A stretch of DNA of 64,000 nucleotides. Origin: Oikopleura dioica (lineage: Eukaryota > Animalia > Chordata). Location of the stretch: contig OU015568.1 in NCBI GenBank assembly GCA_907165135.1, positions 1,550,001 to 1,614,000 on the forward strand. The letters run 5' to 3'. Below the pieces are notes generated by a model, which worked only from the letters and a program-made list of their open reading frames with translations, was not told the DNA's origin and did no database searches. This document shows, in pieces, positions 43,190 to 62,421 of the stretch. Numbering within the stretch: the first letter of the stretch is position 1; every line of letters starts with the position of its first letter. A program made the position numbers and the translations under genes.

Positions 43190-46100
43190 ATGAGCGGCAC
43201 TCGTCGCCTTCTTGAAATTCTAAGCCGAATCGAAGAGGACTCTTTCCGCATTCAAATGGATGCGCGGGGCGCGAAGGAAGACTTGATGAATCGCTGCTGC
43301 ATCATGCCAGGTCAAAGTCAAGACATCAACAATAACAACAACGCCAAGTATCCAATGCCAAACAGAGTCGAGGAATTGAAAGGAAGAAACAAGCGACAGG
43401 GACGACTGCCTGGCCACGTGCCTGAGAAATACGAAGGTAAATTGGTTTATTTTCTCTATAATAGATCATTCTACTTTCTTTTTTGACGTTTGGAGGAACA
43501 GAAATAACAGTTAAATGCAAAAGTTTTCTTCAATATTTCTCGGATTCATCGTTTATCTTCAAATTATCCATAAAATCGGCCAAAAAGCGGGAGAAATCTT
43601 CAAAGTTTTATGCAGTTGCCAATTGGTAAGGCCTTTCGATTAAGATTACAATAGAATAACGAAGTCTTGCGACAGTGATCGGCTCAAGGGTAACAAAAGC
43701 GGTTCACAAGAACGGTGTAAGAATTTCGAAACAGGGTCTTACAGTCAGAGCTTGCAATTGGGACCTTTTTGCCGACAAGTTTTCGGTCTAAAAATCCCCA
43801 GAGTTCAAGTTATTCTTTATTCAAAAAAACCTAATCGCTACTTTCAGGGCATTCGCTGTTGACTCCCTTATTTTAAGCTTATATGATATAAGTTATATCT
43901 AAGACAAAACCGTAAAAACGCCTTTCGGTTTTATTATTGTTAAAACTTCCCGAAACCCTTTCGTTCCAAATCACCGACTCTTCTGCTCTTTATTGCTGAT
44001 TTAGGAGCAAAATGCTTCATCCACGAGAATTCTTCTCCCACAACAACATGTAAAATTGCAAAAACGATTTTGAAAAATGACAAAACTCGCATTTTTTCGG
44101 AAATAATTGAGGTTTCGTCATTTTGAGCGCTTTTAAAAGCGCCGGATCAAAGTTGAAAGATGGATAATTAATCCGCCTCTAGCGCTCAATCTCTCTTGGG
44201 AGCAGGTCCTAAGAGCGATGATACGCAGAAATACAAAAACTGCTAATTCATCCTTTGTTCGTCGTCCAATACTGTACTGAATTATATATACCCAGTTGAA
44301 ACAAGCTGGAAAGTGCCACGTTTTCGAGTAAATTAAATAAATGCCGAGCTGCGTAAGATTATCAGACGATACAGCTTTTACTCTCTGGGGACATTTTTAG
44401 CCCTATGAGTCACCCATTTTATTTCTGAGCTCTCCATGGCCCATTGGCCGCTTGACTCGAGGCGCGCTATCGAAAATTCCTGTTGCCAATCACAAGACCG
44501 AGTCAAGCTAGTTATGAATCATTCAACCGGGCTAAAAATGTCCCCAGGGAGTAGATTCAGACAGAAGCTTCTATTTTTGATGTCATTATTCGGTAACAAA
44601 ATGAAGAATTTAAAATTTATGAAGATAGAAAATAAAACGATGAGCATTAATTATGAAAATCTTCGCGAACAGACCAGAAGTTGCCAAAAACGACTATTTT
44701 CGGGCATCTGCTTGGTCTAAAATTTGGCCGAAATTTCGGTCGTAATTGTCGTACTTCTCATCGATTCCTGACACCTTTCTGTTTGCCCAAACAAGACCAA
44801 AACTCAGCATAAACTTAAATTTCGAAGGGCTTTTTTCAATAATTTAGTCCTAATCTCCACCAGAAAAGACCCTCATAGGATTCTTGATGAGTTTTTACTC
44901 TTCTAAATGTATCTAAAGTCAACAATCTTGGGCCCCTCTTGCTCTTGGTTCTGTTATTCAAGTCTTTTTTATTCCGTTACTTCTCAAAAAGCAGCTTTTT
45001 GGAGGACAAAAATATATTTAACCGTCACGGGTCAAACAAAAAATAGCGCCCTGTTGGTCATTTTTTCCAAACTTAACTTTTGTTGAACTCTTTTAAAGAA
45101 AGAAAAAGAGTCTTTAACCGTTTACTTTCAGAATCACAGCAGTACGATTGGCGAAAAAGCCTTCCGCGAAATCCAACAGACAAACGTGTTGGTGGAGAGG
45201 AAAGCGGGCGGGCTCCTTACCCGGATCAATCGAAAGCCCAAAAGCTCAATCCCGGGCAACAATTGACCACTTTCGTAAACTCGGAAACGCTCTCTTCAAA
45301 CGCACTTCAATCGCAATTGGATAAAATCAAGAGGCTTGAAGGACAAGGTTAAAAATCGTAGCCAAAGCAAATCAGACAGCGATTTCGGAAGGAAACCCTT
45401 AATTAAAACTTAAAATCAATCATGATCTTGAATTCAAAAATCTGTTTCCAACAAACAAAAAAACAAGAAAAACATCAAAACAAAAATAGCGATGACTGTT
45501 GAACATTTCCTTTCCAACTACAGTTGCAAAACTGGAATAAGGACCTACGCCGATGTTTATGTTTGAGAGTACGTAAGGCTCTTAGTCTTGAAAAAATATT
45601 TGGCAAAGGGGCGGCGGTTCACTTTAAACAAGCAGGATTGAAAATTCTTGTTGCGGTTCAAAGAAATTTTTTTTCAACCTGTGAAAACAATGAAAAATTT
45701 AAATTTAGGGGCAGGATCAGACAGACTTATTTGGCTACGAGTTAAACAGATTATCGACTAGAAATCTTATTGATTTTTTTGAACTTTTGAGTCAAAAGTT
45801 TTGACTCTAAAAATGGTCATTCAATTATTAATTGAAGAAAATAGGTTACTAATGTAAACGACCTTAGAATCATTTATTCATATTTCTGCACTAAAAATCC
45901 CCTTTTGAATACTTAAGTAAATCCTGCTTTGCCTTTTGTATTTAACCTTTGAAAGAAAAACTGAACAAGGCCCTCTCCGTACCGCAAAAAGTTATTTGTG
46001 ACTCATCGGCAACCATCAGTTCCGGCAGCATCGCTTCTGAAGCGGTCGATCCATCCAATACTCCTTCCGAGCGGCCAGACTCTTCCAACGCAAGAATCTA

Positions 46101-46335
46101 CATGGAAAATCATGATCTGAAGTTTCCAACTGGTCAGCTAAGCTCGGCTAGCTTCGCGTCAAGGTACTAAATTTATCGACTTTTGATGCCATCTTAATCG
46201 CTTTTTTCTAGCCGTAGAAGCACTTTGAACCACAAGAAAACTGTAAGATGGCGAAATTTCAAAGAAGAATTCGAGTTCTACGGAGATATAACAGTACAAA
46301 AACGAAACCGCCCAGAAGACAAAGAAGACGCTTGA
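43190..46335 (+). CDS. Unknown low-complexity protein with a C-terminal RVxF-type motif (KKTVRW), 4 exons
   Basis: Exons from 43190 (MSGTRRLL...PEKYE), about 45132 (ESQQYDW...LEGQ), about 45955 (EKLNKAL...SFAS) and 46212-46335 (SRRSTLNHKKTVRWRNFKEEF...EDA*) splice in phase 1/1/2. Confidence 0.55.
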
Positions 46336-46491
46336 TTGTTTGAATGATTGAGAAATCTGCAAAATTTGATTCTAACTGTACAAAATACGCCCAGATATGT
46401 ACATAAACGAATATTTTAATAGCTTGTTTTTGGTCTTTTATTATCAATCGTCTTTCAATCTGATGAGTTCTTTGACGCTCCTGATTTCGAT

Positions 46492-47007
46492 TTAGCTGTA
46501 GAGCTTGAGAATTTTGTCACCGGTAAACTCAGCTCGGCAAATCGGACAAATTTTCTGAGTAAGAGACGTCAAGCAGTTATAGCAGGATTTGTGGCCACAT
46601 GGGAAAATCGCAGCTTCAGGGTGATCGTCATCGTATTTTTCGAAGCAAACTTTACATTTCCTGTCCTCGGCCTCAGACTTGACTTCAGATTGCTGGTCAT
46701 TTTCTTCAAACGACAGTTGATTTTTATCTTTTTGGACCACTAAAGTACCTAAATCATTGTTATCTTCTTTCATCACATAATTCGCAAGAAGTAGAGCTCG
46801 TTTCTGAACTTTTCTCCGGTATTTTTTCTTATCCTCAAGATCCTTTTGCGCAATCTTGAGCATTTCTTCAGCTTCAACAATCCTCACTTTAGCTCTTGCT
46901 AAGGAACTTCTAGCACTGTCCAGCTCAAATATTTTATGTTGCAAGCGAGAAGAGGAATTGTGTTCCTGCTTCTTTGATTCTTCGAAAATATTATTGACAA
47001 TCATCAT
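46492..47007 (-). CDS. Coiled-coil + C-terminal RING-HC (C3HC4) protein, probable E3 ligase; upstream Cys-rich part (to ~47515) looks disrupted
   Basis: CKVCFEKYDDDHPEAAIFPCGHKSCYNCLTSLTQKICPICR preceded by a heptad-rich segment. Confidence 0.8.
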   Translation of the reverse strand: MMIVNNIFEESKKQEHNSSSRLQHKIFELDSARSSLARAKVRIVEAEEMLKIAQKDLEDKKKYRRKVQKRALLLANYVMKEDNNDLGTLVVQKDKNQLSFEENDQQSEVKSEAEDRKCKVCFEKYDDDHPEAAIFPCGHKSCYNCLTSLTQKICPICRAEFTGDKILKLYS

Positions 47008-48467
47008 ATGTTCGTATTTGTCTTGATAAAAATATATAATCAGATAGATGTCCCCTGAAAAGAAACTTCATACAATTTACTGCTAAGTTCTTCGAAGCAT
47101 TTTCACAGCAAGATCCAACAAAAAACTCCTGATAAGAAAGTCGATCGGCTGTACAACTCTTGACAGGACATTTGAATTTTTGGTCTGTAGCAGAATATGA
47201 TGGAGGATTTGCCCTCAAAGATTAATTGAAATGCCCTGGTGCGCAAAATGTGCAACACCGCATCCCTTTTGCATAACAGGTAGAATCTCTCGACCTTTTA
47301 CTGAGTAAAAAATAAAAGTTTTGTTGAAATCCTGACCGTTTGCATAAAGAACATCGTCCAAACTCGCCCTCAACAGTTACAAATTCATCAGCTGGAAAAA
47401 CAGCACAAAAATTATCATGCAAATGTCTCTTCATTTTTAAAAATGGTTGCCCTTGAATCAAGAAGCGAAAATTTTTGGAAGGGGCTGTTTGATTATGGTT
47501 ACAGCCAAAACGCACAATTCCGTAAAAATGAACATTTCGAACGGCTTTTTTCTATCGGAGAATAAAATTTTATGGTCCTTTAATAAAAAAGCCGAAGAAT
47601 AACTCATTAAATTTGCTGAAATCAAGGAAGAAACCTCAAATTAGGAGAAGAGTTTTTCTCATTCTGAACAGAAATTTCAGGCTGAGAAGAATCAAGGCAT
47701 AAAGTCATTCCAAATTCGCAGACTCCCCCTAAGACGCCGTAAAAATCAGACTGTGACGCACTCACAGTGCATAAAATGCGCGTTATCACCCGCTTCAATC
47801 GCCGTGGGAGATCCCACCGCTGAGAAAAATCCGATTGTTTTACCCAGTGGCCTGATTCGCTTCCCAGGCGTGACAAAAAGAGACATAAAAAGACTTCAAA
47901 TAAACGGCTTATCGCGTTTTTAGAGCATGTCAACTGTGACGGTCAAACAGAGATGTTCTCAACGGCGACGTTGTCTTCCACCAGAGGCAGTCCTCCAGAA
48001 GCTTATCTCTCAGCTTACGGCTCACGTCTTCAATAGCGAGTAAGCGCGATACAGATTCTAGCCTTTTTAAACCGGACAGAGAGTATTTCCCGAGAGAGAA
48101 TTTTACTATTTATTTTGTGACCCTGTTTCTTTGGCGATGAGTTTTTATTGCTTTTTTCACGAAAAAAATGACCTTTGAATTTTCCTCAAGAAATGATCTT
48201 CTTTCCAGAAAAAATGAATAAGTCAATGTCTAGTAGACATTGTCTGGCAGTCACAATTCGAATTTTTTAGGTCAACAAAGGATTTTATTCTTCATTTTGA
48301 TCGAAATTTCTAGAAAACAGGAAATGGAAAAGGACTAAGCCAGATAATCATTTTCTAAAGATAAATAAATTCTGAGTCATTTTAGGCTTTTTTTTGTCAA
48401 ATTTATAGAGAGATTATTTTATCTTCGGATTAATAATTGATGTTTTTTATCTTTCAGAGGGTGGCAA

Positions 48468-48896
48468 ATGGCATCGGTGACGAAGAATGCTGACAAATTC
48501 TACAAGTACCGTCGGCGTATTTTCGAATTGATTCGCAAAATCTACGACACCGGTTGCTACGACAAGACACTCGTCGACCTGATCATCGCCGACAAGAAGG
48601 CGGAGCAGACGACAGTGTACCACTTCGACCCGCGCCAAGACGTCCAGAGCCAGCTGGAGGAGATTCGAAAGAGGACCGAAAATAATGCGAAGAGTGCGAG
48701 CCCCGATTTCATGAGATATGAAATTTTCATTGACAAAGGTAATTTTCGAGCTCCGATCTTAAAAATTACTGCTTCTATGTTTTGAATGGGAAGTAACATA
48801 AGTATTTCAGAAGTAAAGAGCGCCCTTATCCTCGACAAAATGGCTCAAAAGACCTATAAAATCGACCTTCCCGAAGAATTCCAGGCTTGGCTCTAG
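48468..48896 (+). CDS. Hypothetical ~120-aa protein, 2 exons
   Basis: MASVTKNADKFYKYRRRIFELIRKIYDTG...YEIFIDK|EVKSALILDKMAQKTYKIDLPEEFQAWL*. In-phase GT-AG intron and biased codon usage; no domain recognised. Confidence 0.6.
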
Positions 48897-49452
48897 AAAT
48901 AAGAGACAGAATAAAAGTCTTCCGAGAAGACTCTACCCAGTTTTATATTCAGCAAAAATATTGAGCCTTTGAAAAGAAAAACCAGTCCCTAGAAGTCTCA
49001 GAAGACTCCGTCTACGTAACCCTTTAACCGACCCCCTATATTTCCCGTCAATTTTCTATGCGTTCCGCGTTTCTTTGCAACGCGATGAGTTCAAGAAAAC
49101 AATCTTTCCACCGAACCTGGAAACCGCTACGGTTGCAGATCCTCGACCCTACTGGAAATACGTCCCTACAAAAAACTATCTGTTGCTCAGCTTACTTTTT
49201 AAGATATTATGACCCTTTTTCTTATTTTGCAGATCTTCTGACCCTTATATCAAGATCCATCGACCCTTATCTTAGTTACTGTACTTTCCAAAAGAACTAT
49301 CTGTTATTTTCATTATGCAAAATTTCTAGCTCTTTCGTATCCGATGAATAAATAATCTACCAAATCATCTTTTTTTCTTATAATAAATGAAATAACTGAA
49401 ATCATAGAAGACTCAATAAATAGCGCGCTAAGAACTTGATTTATGAGAATTT

Positions 49453-50705
49453 TTATAAAGACTCGTAAATGAAATTCACAACAGAAAATAATTCGGCTGT
49501 ATGATGCCATTTATCAGAAATAAAAACTTGAAGAGGGCCAGTGAATACATCTCCCTGTCGTAAAGTCCATGACTTAATAATGTTTCCGTTGAAGAAGAAA
49601 TTCTTTTGAAACTTTCCGGTTTCAACGTCAAACCGTTGTTCAATCTTAAAATTCAGGTAAATTTTAACTAATAACACGGTATAAATTTTTAACCTCGAGA
49701 CACTGAAACTGCCCAAGCAAAGCGTCAATCATGAATTCGTGTATATGATTCTGAGGTCGATCTGAAACTGTTATCAGCATTTTTGTTTGCTGACCTTTCG
49801 GATTGAATACGGAGAAAAATCCATCTCCAAAATTTGTGAAATTGTTTGAAGTTTGCGTATGAATCTTTTTTAAAGAGTGGAATAAATTTTTCAAAAAACA
49901 TATTTTTGGGTGATAATTATCCACTCCGGACATGAATGGCATTACCAAGGGGTTCTCCCGCTTCTGTCGGAAAATTTATTCCTACTGAAAGCCGGAACTC
50001 CTTTGCTGCAATTATCTCGGCTTCTTTTCGATGCTTTCTTGGTACCAAAGGATCCTTTCCGACAATTTCGACACAGTTATCAGGATTGAGACATTTCAGT
50101 GGGCACGGATCTGTTGGATCTTGAACTGTTGTAGTTGTCGTAGCGGGAGTAATTGAACTCGATGTCGATAGTTTTGTGGTGATCATGGCAGAATCCGTTG
50201 TTTTTCGTTTTGTTGTCGTGGTCGTGGTGCCTATTGACGCACTTATTGTTCTTATTGATGCAATATTGATGGTCGTTGTTGTTGGTTTGGCTGTTGATGA
50301 TTGTATACTTTCAGTGGTTGGGGTTGTTTTATGGTCATCTATTGATGCAATTGTATTCTGAGTAGTCGTTGAGCTGGCAGTGGTAACTGTATAGTTGTCC
50401 GTCAGAGTTGAAGTGGTAGTTGTTGATGCATTTTCCGAATTTCCTGCCGTAGTCTTCGTTGAAATGAAGTTTGGTACAGTAGTATTCAATTTCGCTTCCT
50501 CATCTTTCGATACCACTTTATCTTCCTCAAAGACATCTCTTGAATGATAGAAAATCGGAGTGATAACAGCGCAAATTAGCAATCCAAAGGGAATTAGAAA
50601 AAGGAACGCTCTCATCGAACAAGGATGTTGTACTTGAGAATTTTCGAACTGACAGAGAACTGGCTTTTTTATGTGCGACTGTTTACATTTAGGAATAGTT
50701 ATCAT
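49453..50705 (-). CDS. Membrane-anchored protein with Thr/Ser-rich mucin-like stalk and a C-terminal beta-rich (possibly ConA/LamG-like) domain, 3 exons
   Basis: Hydrophobic anchor FLFLIPFGLLICAVITPIFY, a ~110-aa Thr-rich tract, CPLKCLNPDNC, then exons ...IHEFMIDALLGQFQCLE and IEQRFDVETGKF...LQVFISDKWHHTAE...YESL*. The domain call is inference. Confidence 0.7.
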
Positions 50706-51323
50706 AGAAGTGTTGACGTTGATAACGTATCCTGGGGTGAAGGAAAAGAAGAATTTCTGAAATCAAACAGCCTTCAGATAATATTTGAATCGAAATGATG
50801 TGTATTTATTGAGTCAAAATTTGATTGCTAAATGCAAAATGAAATTGTAAATTTGAGGTTGAACAAAAATTATTTGTCGACCAAGTGAAGAATGGTTTTA
50901 ATCCGAAATAAATAATTTCACTGAAAGACTCTTTCATTTTGAGCTTCGTAATCCGCTCTTTGTGAGTTTGAAAAGAGCCCTTACTTCCTCCGCTTCTCCT
51001 CCAGAAACAGTGTGACGTTTTCGGAGTGGCGACTTTTGTGTGTGATGCATGACCAAGTCCAAATATTAAAAATCTGAGATGGCACGAGACCTCACCTTAG
51101 CCAAATAAAACGGAGAGAAAGGCAAAAATTGTTCGATTAAAAATTGCAGCTGCAAGAAAAAACTCTTTGCTGATAAGAGGAAAACAAAGAAGGGGGAGAA
51201 ATGGGCGAATGTGTATAAAATTCTTCAAAAGAAAACCTATCGATGGTATTTTTTTATTTGAAAATTTATTTTTCTCTCTTTTTTCAATAAATTTTGCTAG
51301 AAAACTTCAAATTTTTTTTTCAG

Positions 51324-51695
51324 AAGAGACCGATGATTTCGACCACATCCGCCACGAGCTACCAGGTCTTCCCTCCGCTGCGCCGTCTCGCAGATTAACT
51401 CGTCGCAAAACTGCCAAATCGACAAGAACCTCCAAGATCAACCGAACCGATCGCCTCACAAGTATCTTCAGAAAAACACCGATCGACAATGAACAAAGAC
51501 CTAGTGGCCGCTGGTCACAGGTAAGACCAATTTATCAATTGGTCTCTTGATTGTCGATTCTAGATTTCTAACCGACCTTCGTATCTTTCCACCGCCGAAC
51601 TGGACGATAACCTCTCAGACGATTTTATATCTTCAACACTTTCCAATTGTAAACCTGGACTGCGAGATTCTCAAGCTCAACAATTATTTGAATAG
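51324..51695 (+). CDS. Last two exons of an unknown gene
   Basis: EETDDFDHIRHELPGLP...GRWSQ|ISNRPSYLSTAELDDNL...QQLFE*, with a canonical phase-0 intron at 51521-51563. Confidence 0.4.
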
Positions 51696-51780
51696 ACAGC
51701 ATTTTTATTATTTGTGTATAGTTTAATAAATTATCGTCAAAAAGAAAGCATGCAATCAATCTTCATTCCATTTTGATGCG

Positions 51781-53106
51781 TCAATTTTCGTCCGAAGTTT
51801 GCGGCATGTCAAATGCAAGTTCCTCTGAAAAAAAAAGTTATTTTTGGTGATGATGAGAGCCTGATGAGATCCACGCGTTTTTTCTAAGTGCACTTGACAT
51901 ACCGTCAGTTTCATTAGTAACACTGCTGCATGCTGTCCCGAACTCGCTTGTCGATTGGCTGACTTTTTCCTCTCTAGAATCGAATTGAAGAAGAGTAGAT
52001 ATTGAACGATAACCTAGGAAACATAAGTGAAGCAAGTCGACGGACATGGATTTTCGGGCTCTTTTCGAGAGTCGGAATCATTTTTCTCAGCGCTGGTTTT
52101 GGCGCTAACATCTTCCCTTTGCTCCTATTCGAGCAAGTACTCGCCCTAGAAAACGACCGTTTATCAGTCAACTCCGCCACTGGTGGATCGGAGAATTGCC
52201 GTGCTCCCCGGCGCTTTTCATATTTTTGCCGAGCTGAAATATCTTCAGAGGGCGGTCGCTGGAAATTCGAGTTGAGCTGGTTTTTCAAAAGCTCAATTTG
52301 CTCTTGTTGTTGCTTGATCATGTGCAGCATGTCGGGCGCTTGAGGGCTCTGGTGTCTTAGTTGTGGGGTGACTGGCGGATGATCTTAAATTTAAGAAATG
52401 GTGTTAAGGGTTTTGCGGTTTTATGAAATAATTAGGGGTTAAATGAACAAAGGTTGAAACTCCGTGTCATAACTTTGGTTTTTCAAGAAATCTATTGATA
52501 AAAAAGCAACTTACTTTGCGGAGCTGGAGACTGCTGAGCCGGCATTTGATATGGAATATTCGCCAAGTATCCAGGATTGATATTCACCTGGTGCGTCTAT
52601 CAAGCGATAAAATAAGCTCTCAAAATAAGGACTCTCCTTGAACCTCAAACTTCGAGGTCCACGCTTATCTCAACGCTCGCCTGTGGTGGCCCATTAAAAA
52701 GCGGATAGCTTCCGAGCGAGAAGCCAGCAAGACTCATCAGCTGATTCTGATAAATTTTCGCCCGCAAATCTTGCATCTGTGCCTTCATTTCCGCCTTCTG
52801 CCTTCTCAAAAGCGACAATTTCGGTTTCCCTGAATCCGCCGTTATTGATCTCCCCCAATCTCAAAATATTTAGAGTACCATGTCTGGATCGACTTCCGTT
52901 CCTTCCTGGATATTGAGTCTCGCTTGCCAGGAAGAGGCCGCTTTCGGACTCGCTTTCTTCCTCCGAGCTATAATTTTTGAAAATCATCAACAACCGCTTA
53001 TTGAACGGAACCTTTGCAGATTTGCGGCGTTTACGGAAGAGGCGGCGTTCAAAGATGGATGGCTGAGGATTTCGCTCAGGAGCTCGTCGCACTCCGAATT
53101 CATCAT
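51781..53106 (-). CDS. Unknown Q/P-rich protein with short coiled coils, multi-exon
   Basis: MMNSECDELLSEILSH...|SSEEESES...|DWGRSITADSGKPKLSLLRRQKAEMKAQMQDLRAKIYQNQ...|...MLHMIKQQQEQIELLKNQL...|EELAFDMPQTSDEN*. Exons phase consistently (one GC donor, one inferred micro-exon). Confidence 0.55.
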
Positions 53107-54291
53107 TGTATCATTTGATTCTTTCTACAGCTTCATAGGCTCAGGGCATAATTCCGGACCGAGATAAAAATAATTTGAATAACGCTCCAATCGGCGGAAT
53201 TTACTTTTCCTTCCCCTTACGTAGCACACTAGAAAGATTAGATAGTAAATGCTCAGGTTCTCATGAGATTCGCAATTCTTCAAAAGTAAGACTCGTGAGC
53301 AGACAGTCGTTATCTTTGTTGGGGTTTGCGTTACTTTTCCATGCGGCGAGTTTTGTATAATACCACGTTGGGTTATGTTTTGGGGAGCAGGGGATTAGCT
53401 TTTCAAATGCATAATTGTCAATTCTGCAAAGAGAAAAGGAGTATTTTCTCCAAGGTCAAGGTTAAAGGTGGGAGACAAGTTTTCTAAGGAGGAAGAAAGG
53501 GAAAGGGGGAGGGAATGAAGCTCGTTCCTAATCGAGTCCTACTAGTCGTTTTCGCCCTCCTCCCATCACCAAGATTCTGGGCTTGGTGATTACCGGCTAG
53601 ATTCGCGATAGAAGGCATCGTTCTAGCAGTTGACATAAAACTATCAGATCGATGACGGGAAGGGCCAGGCTGAGCATCAATTATCTGAACAAATGGCTTC
53701 GAGGATGTTATGAGAGAAAATTAATTCAAGACTCGAATCCCTTCCGGAGTGCTGGAAGAATTTTTCGGAGAGTTCTTTAGGTTTTAAGGGGGTCTTTTCT
53801 TAGAAAACAATTTAGAAATCCAAAAGTGTTTTTAAAAAACAAAATTAAAAAAAATAAAGAAAATTAAAAATGTTGATCAAAAGTCGAAAAATCAAATTTT
53901 TCGTGAGTTGTCACGAAAAATGCGTTTTTTTTTTTGACAAGAAAAAATATGATGATTTTTTCTTAAATAAAACGTATCTGCAAAGTGCAAAAAGCTGCAT
54001 TCAGCATGCTTCATGCAACTTTACAAAGTATCAACGTTTTCTTCTTTGTAAGAAGTGCACCTTTACATATGGTGGCTTTCTACAAAAGTGGCGCCGCAAG
54101 TTGGATAATGCTACATTCCGTAGTGTTTAAAGTGTAAGTTACGAGTGCCTCAAAACCGTATCTTGAGGAGCTCCATGTATGAGTTTGACTTTGTTGGCGC
54201 TTTTTCGAAAGGATGTTTATTGAGGTTGCACTTGAATATGCCAAACAAAACGGTTCAAATCTGACAAAAAATAGCTTCCAGCTAAAGAATT

Positions 54292-61852
<7,561 letters not shown>

Positions 61853-62421
61853 GAGAAAAAACGGCTAACTAAATTCGACGTTGATCTCGTTTTGAGAGAA
61901 CGGGCGCAGAAACACGAATTTTCAATCGAATTCGCCAAGTTGATGAGCTCCTCGAGATGCGATTGTGGTGTTTTCACTTTGCGGCTTTTGCTTATTAATT
62001 TGTTATTCTATCAATGATAGACTATCATGGTCGTCAGAAAATGAATTTGATAGAACTTCAACTTAACGCCAACGATGACTTGAGGAATTCGAGTAACTTT
62101 TTGAAAAAACCTTGTTTCAGCTAATTTTGGTTGGCGATCCCCTTATCTGTTTAATTAACTTGTTGATTTAGGCAGCCAAATTTCAAAGATACCATCTTGT
62201 CCATCTGCTCCATAAGGAGTTATTAGCTCCACGTCGTCTCAAAGTGCAAAGGTTATCACCAGCGCATGCAACTTTTTTTTCTAGCGCGGAGTCTTTCTAG
62301 GTGGCGAGTTTGAGGTGGAGCGCAAAATTACGCGGCGGCGCACACCAGCGCCAGGTACGATAAACGCACCGTCGATTGCAGCAGGAAAGTTCATTCACTC
62401 GCTTTTACGATTTGAAATAAA

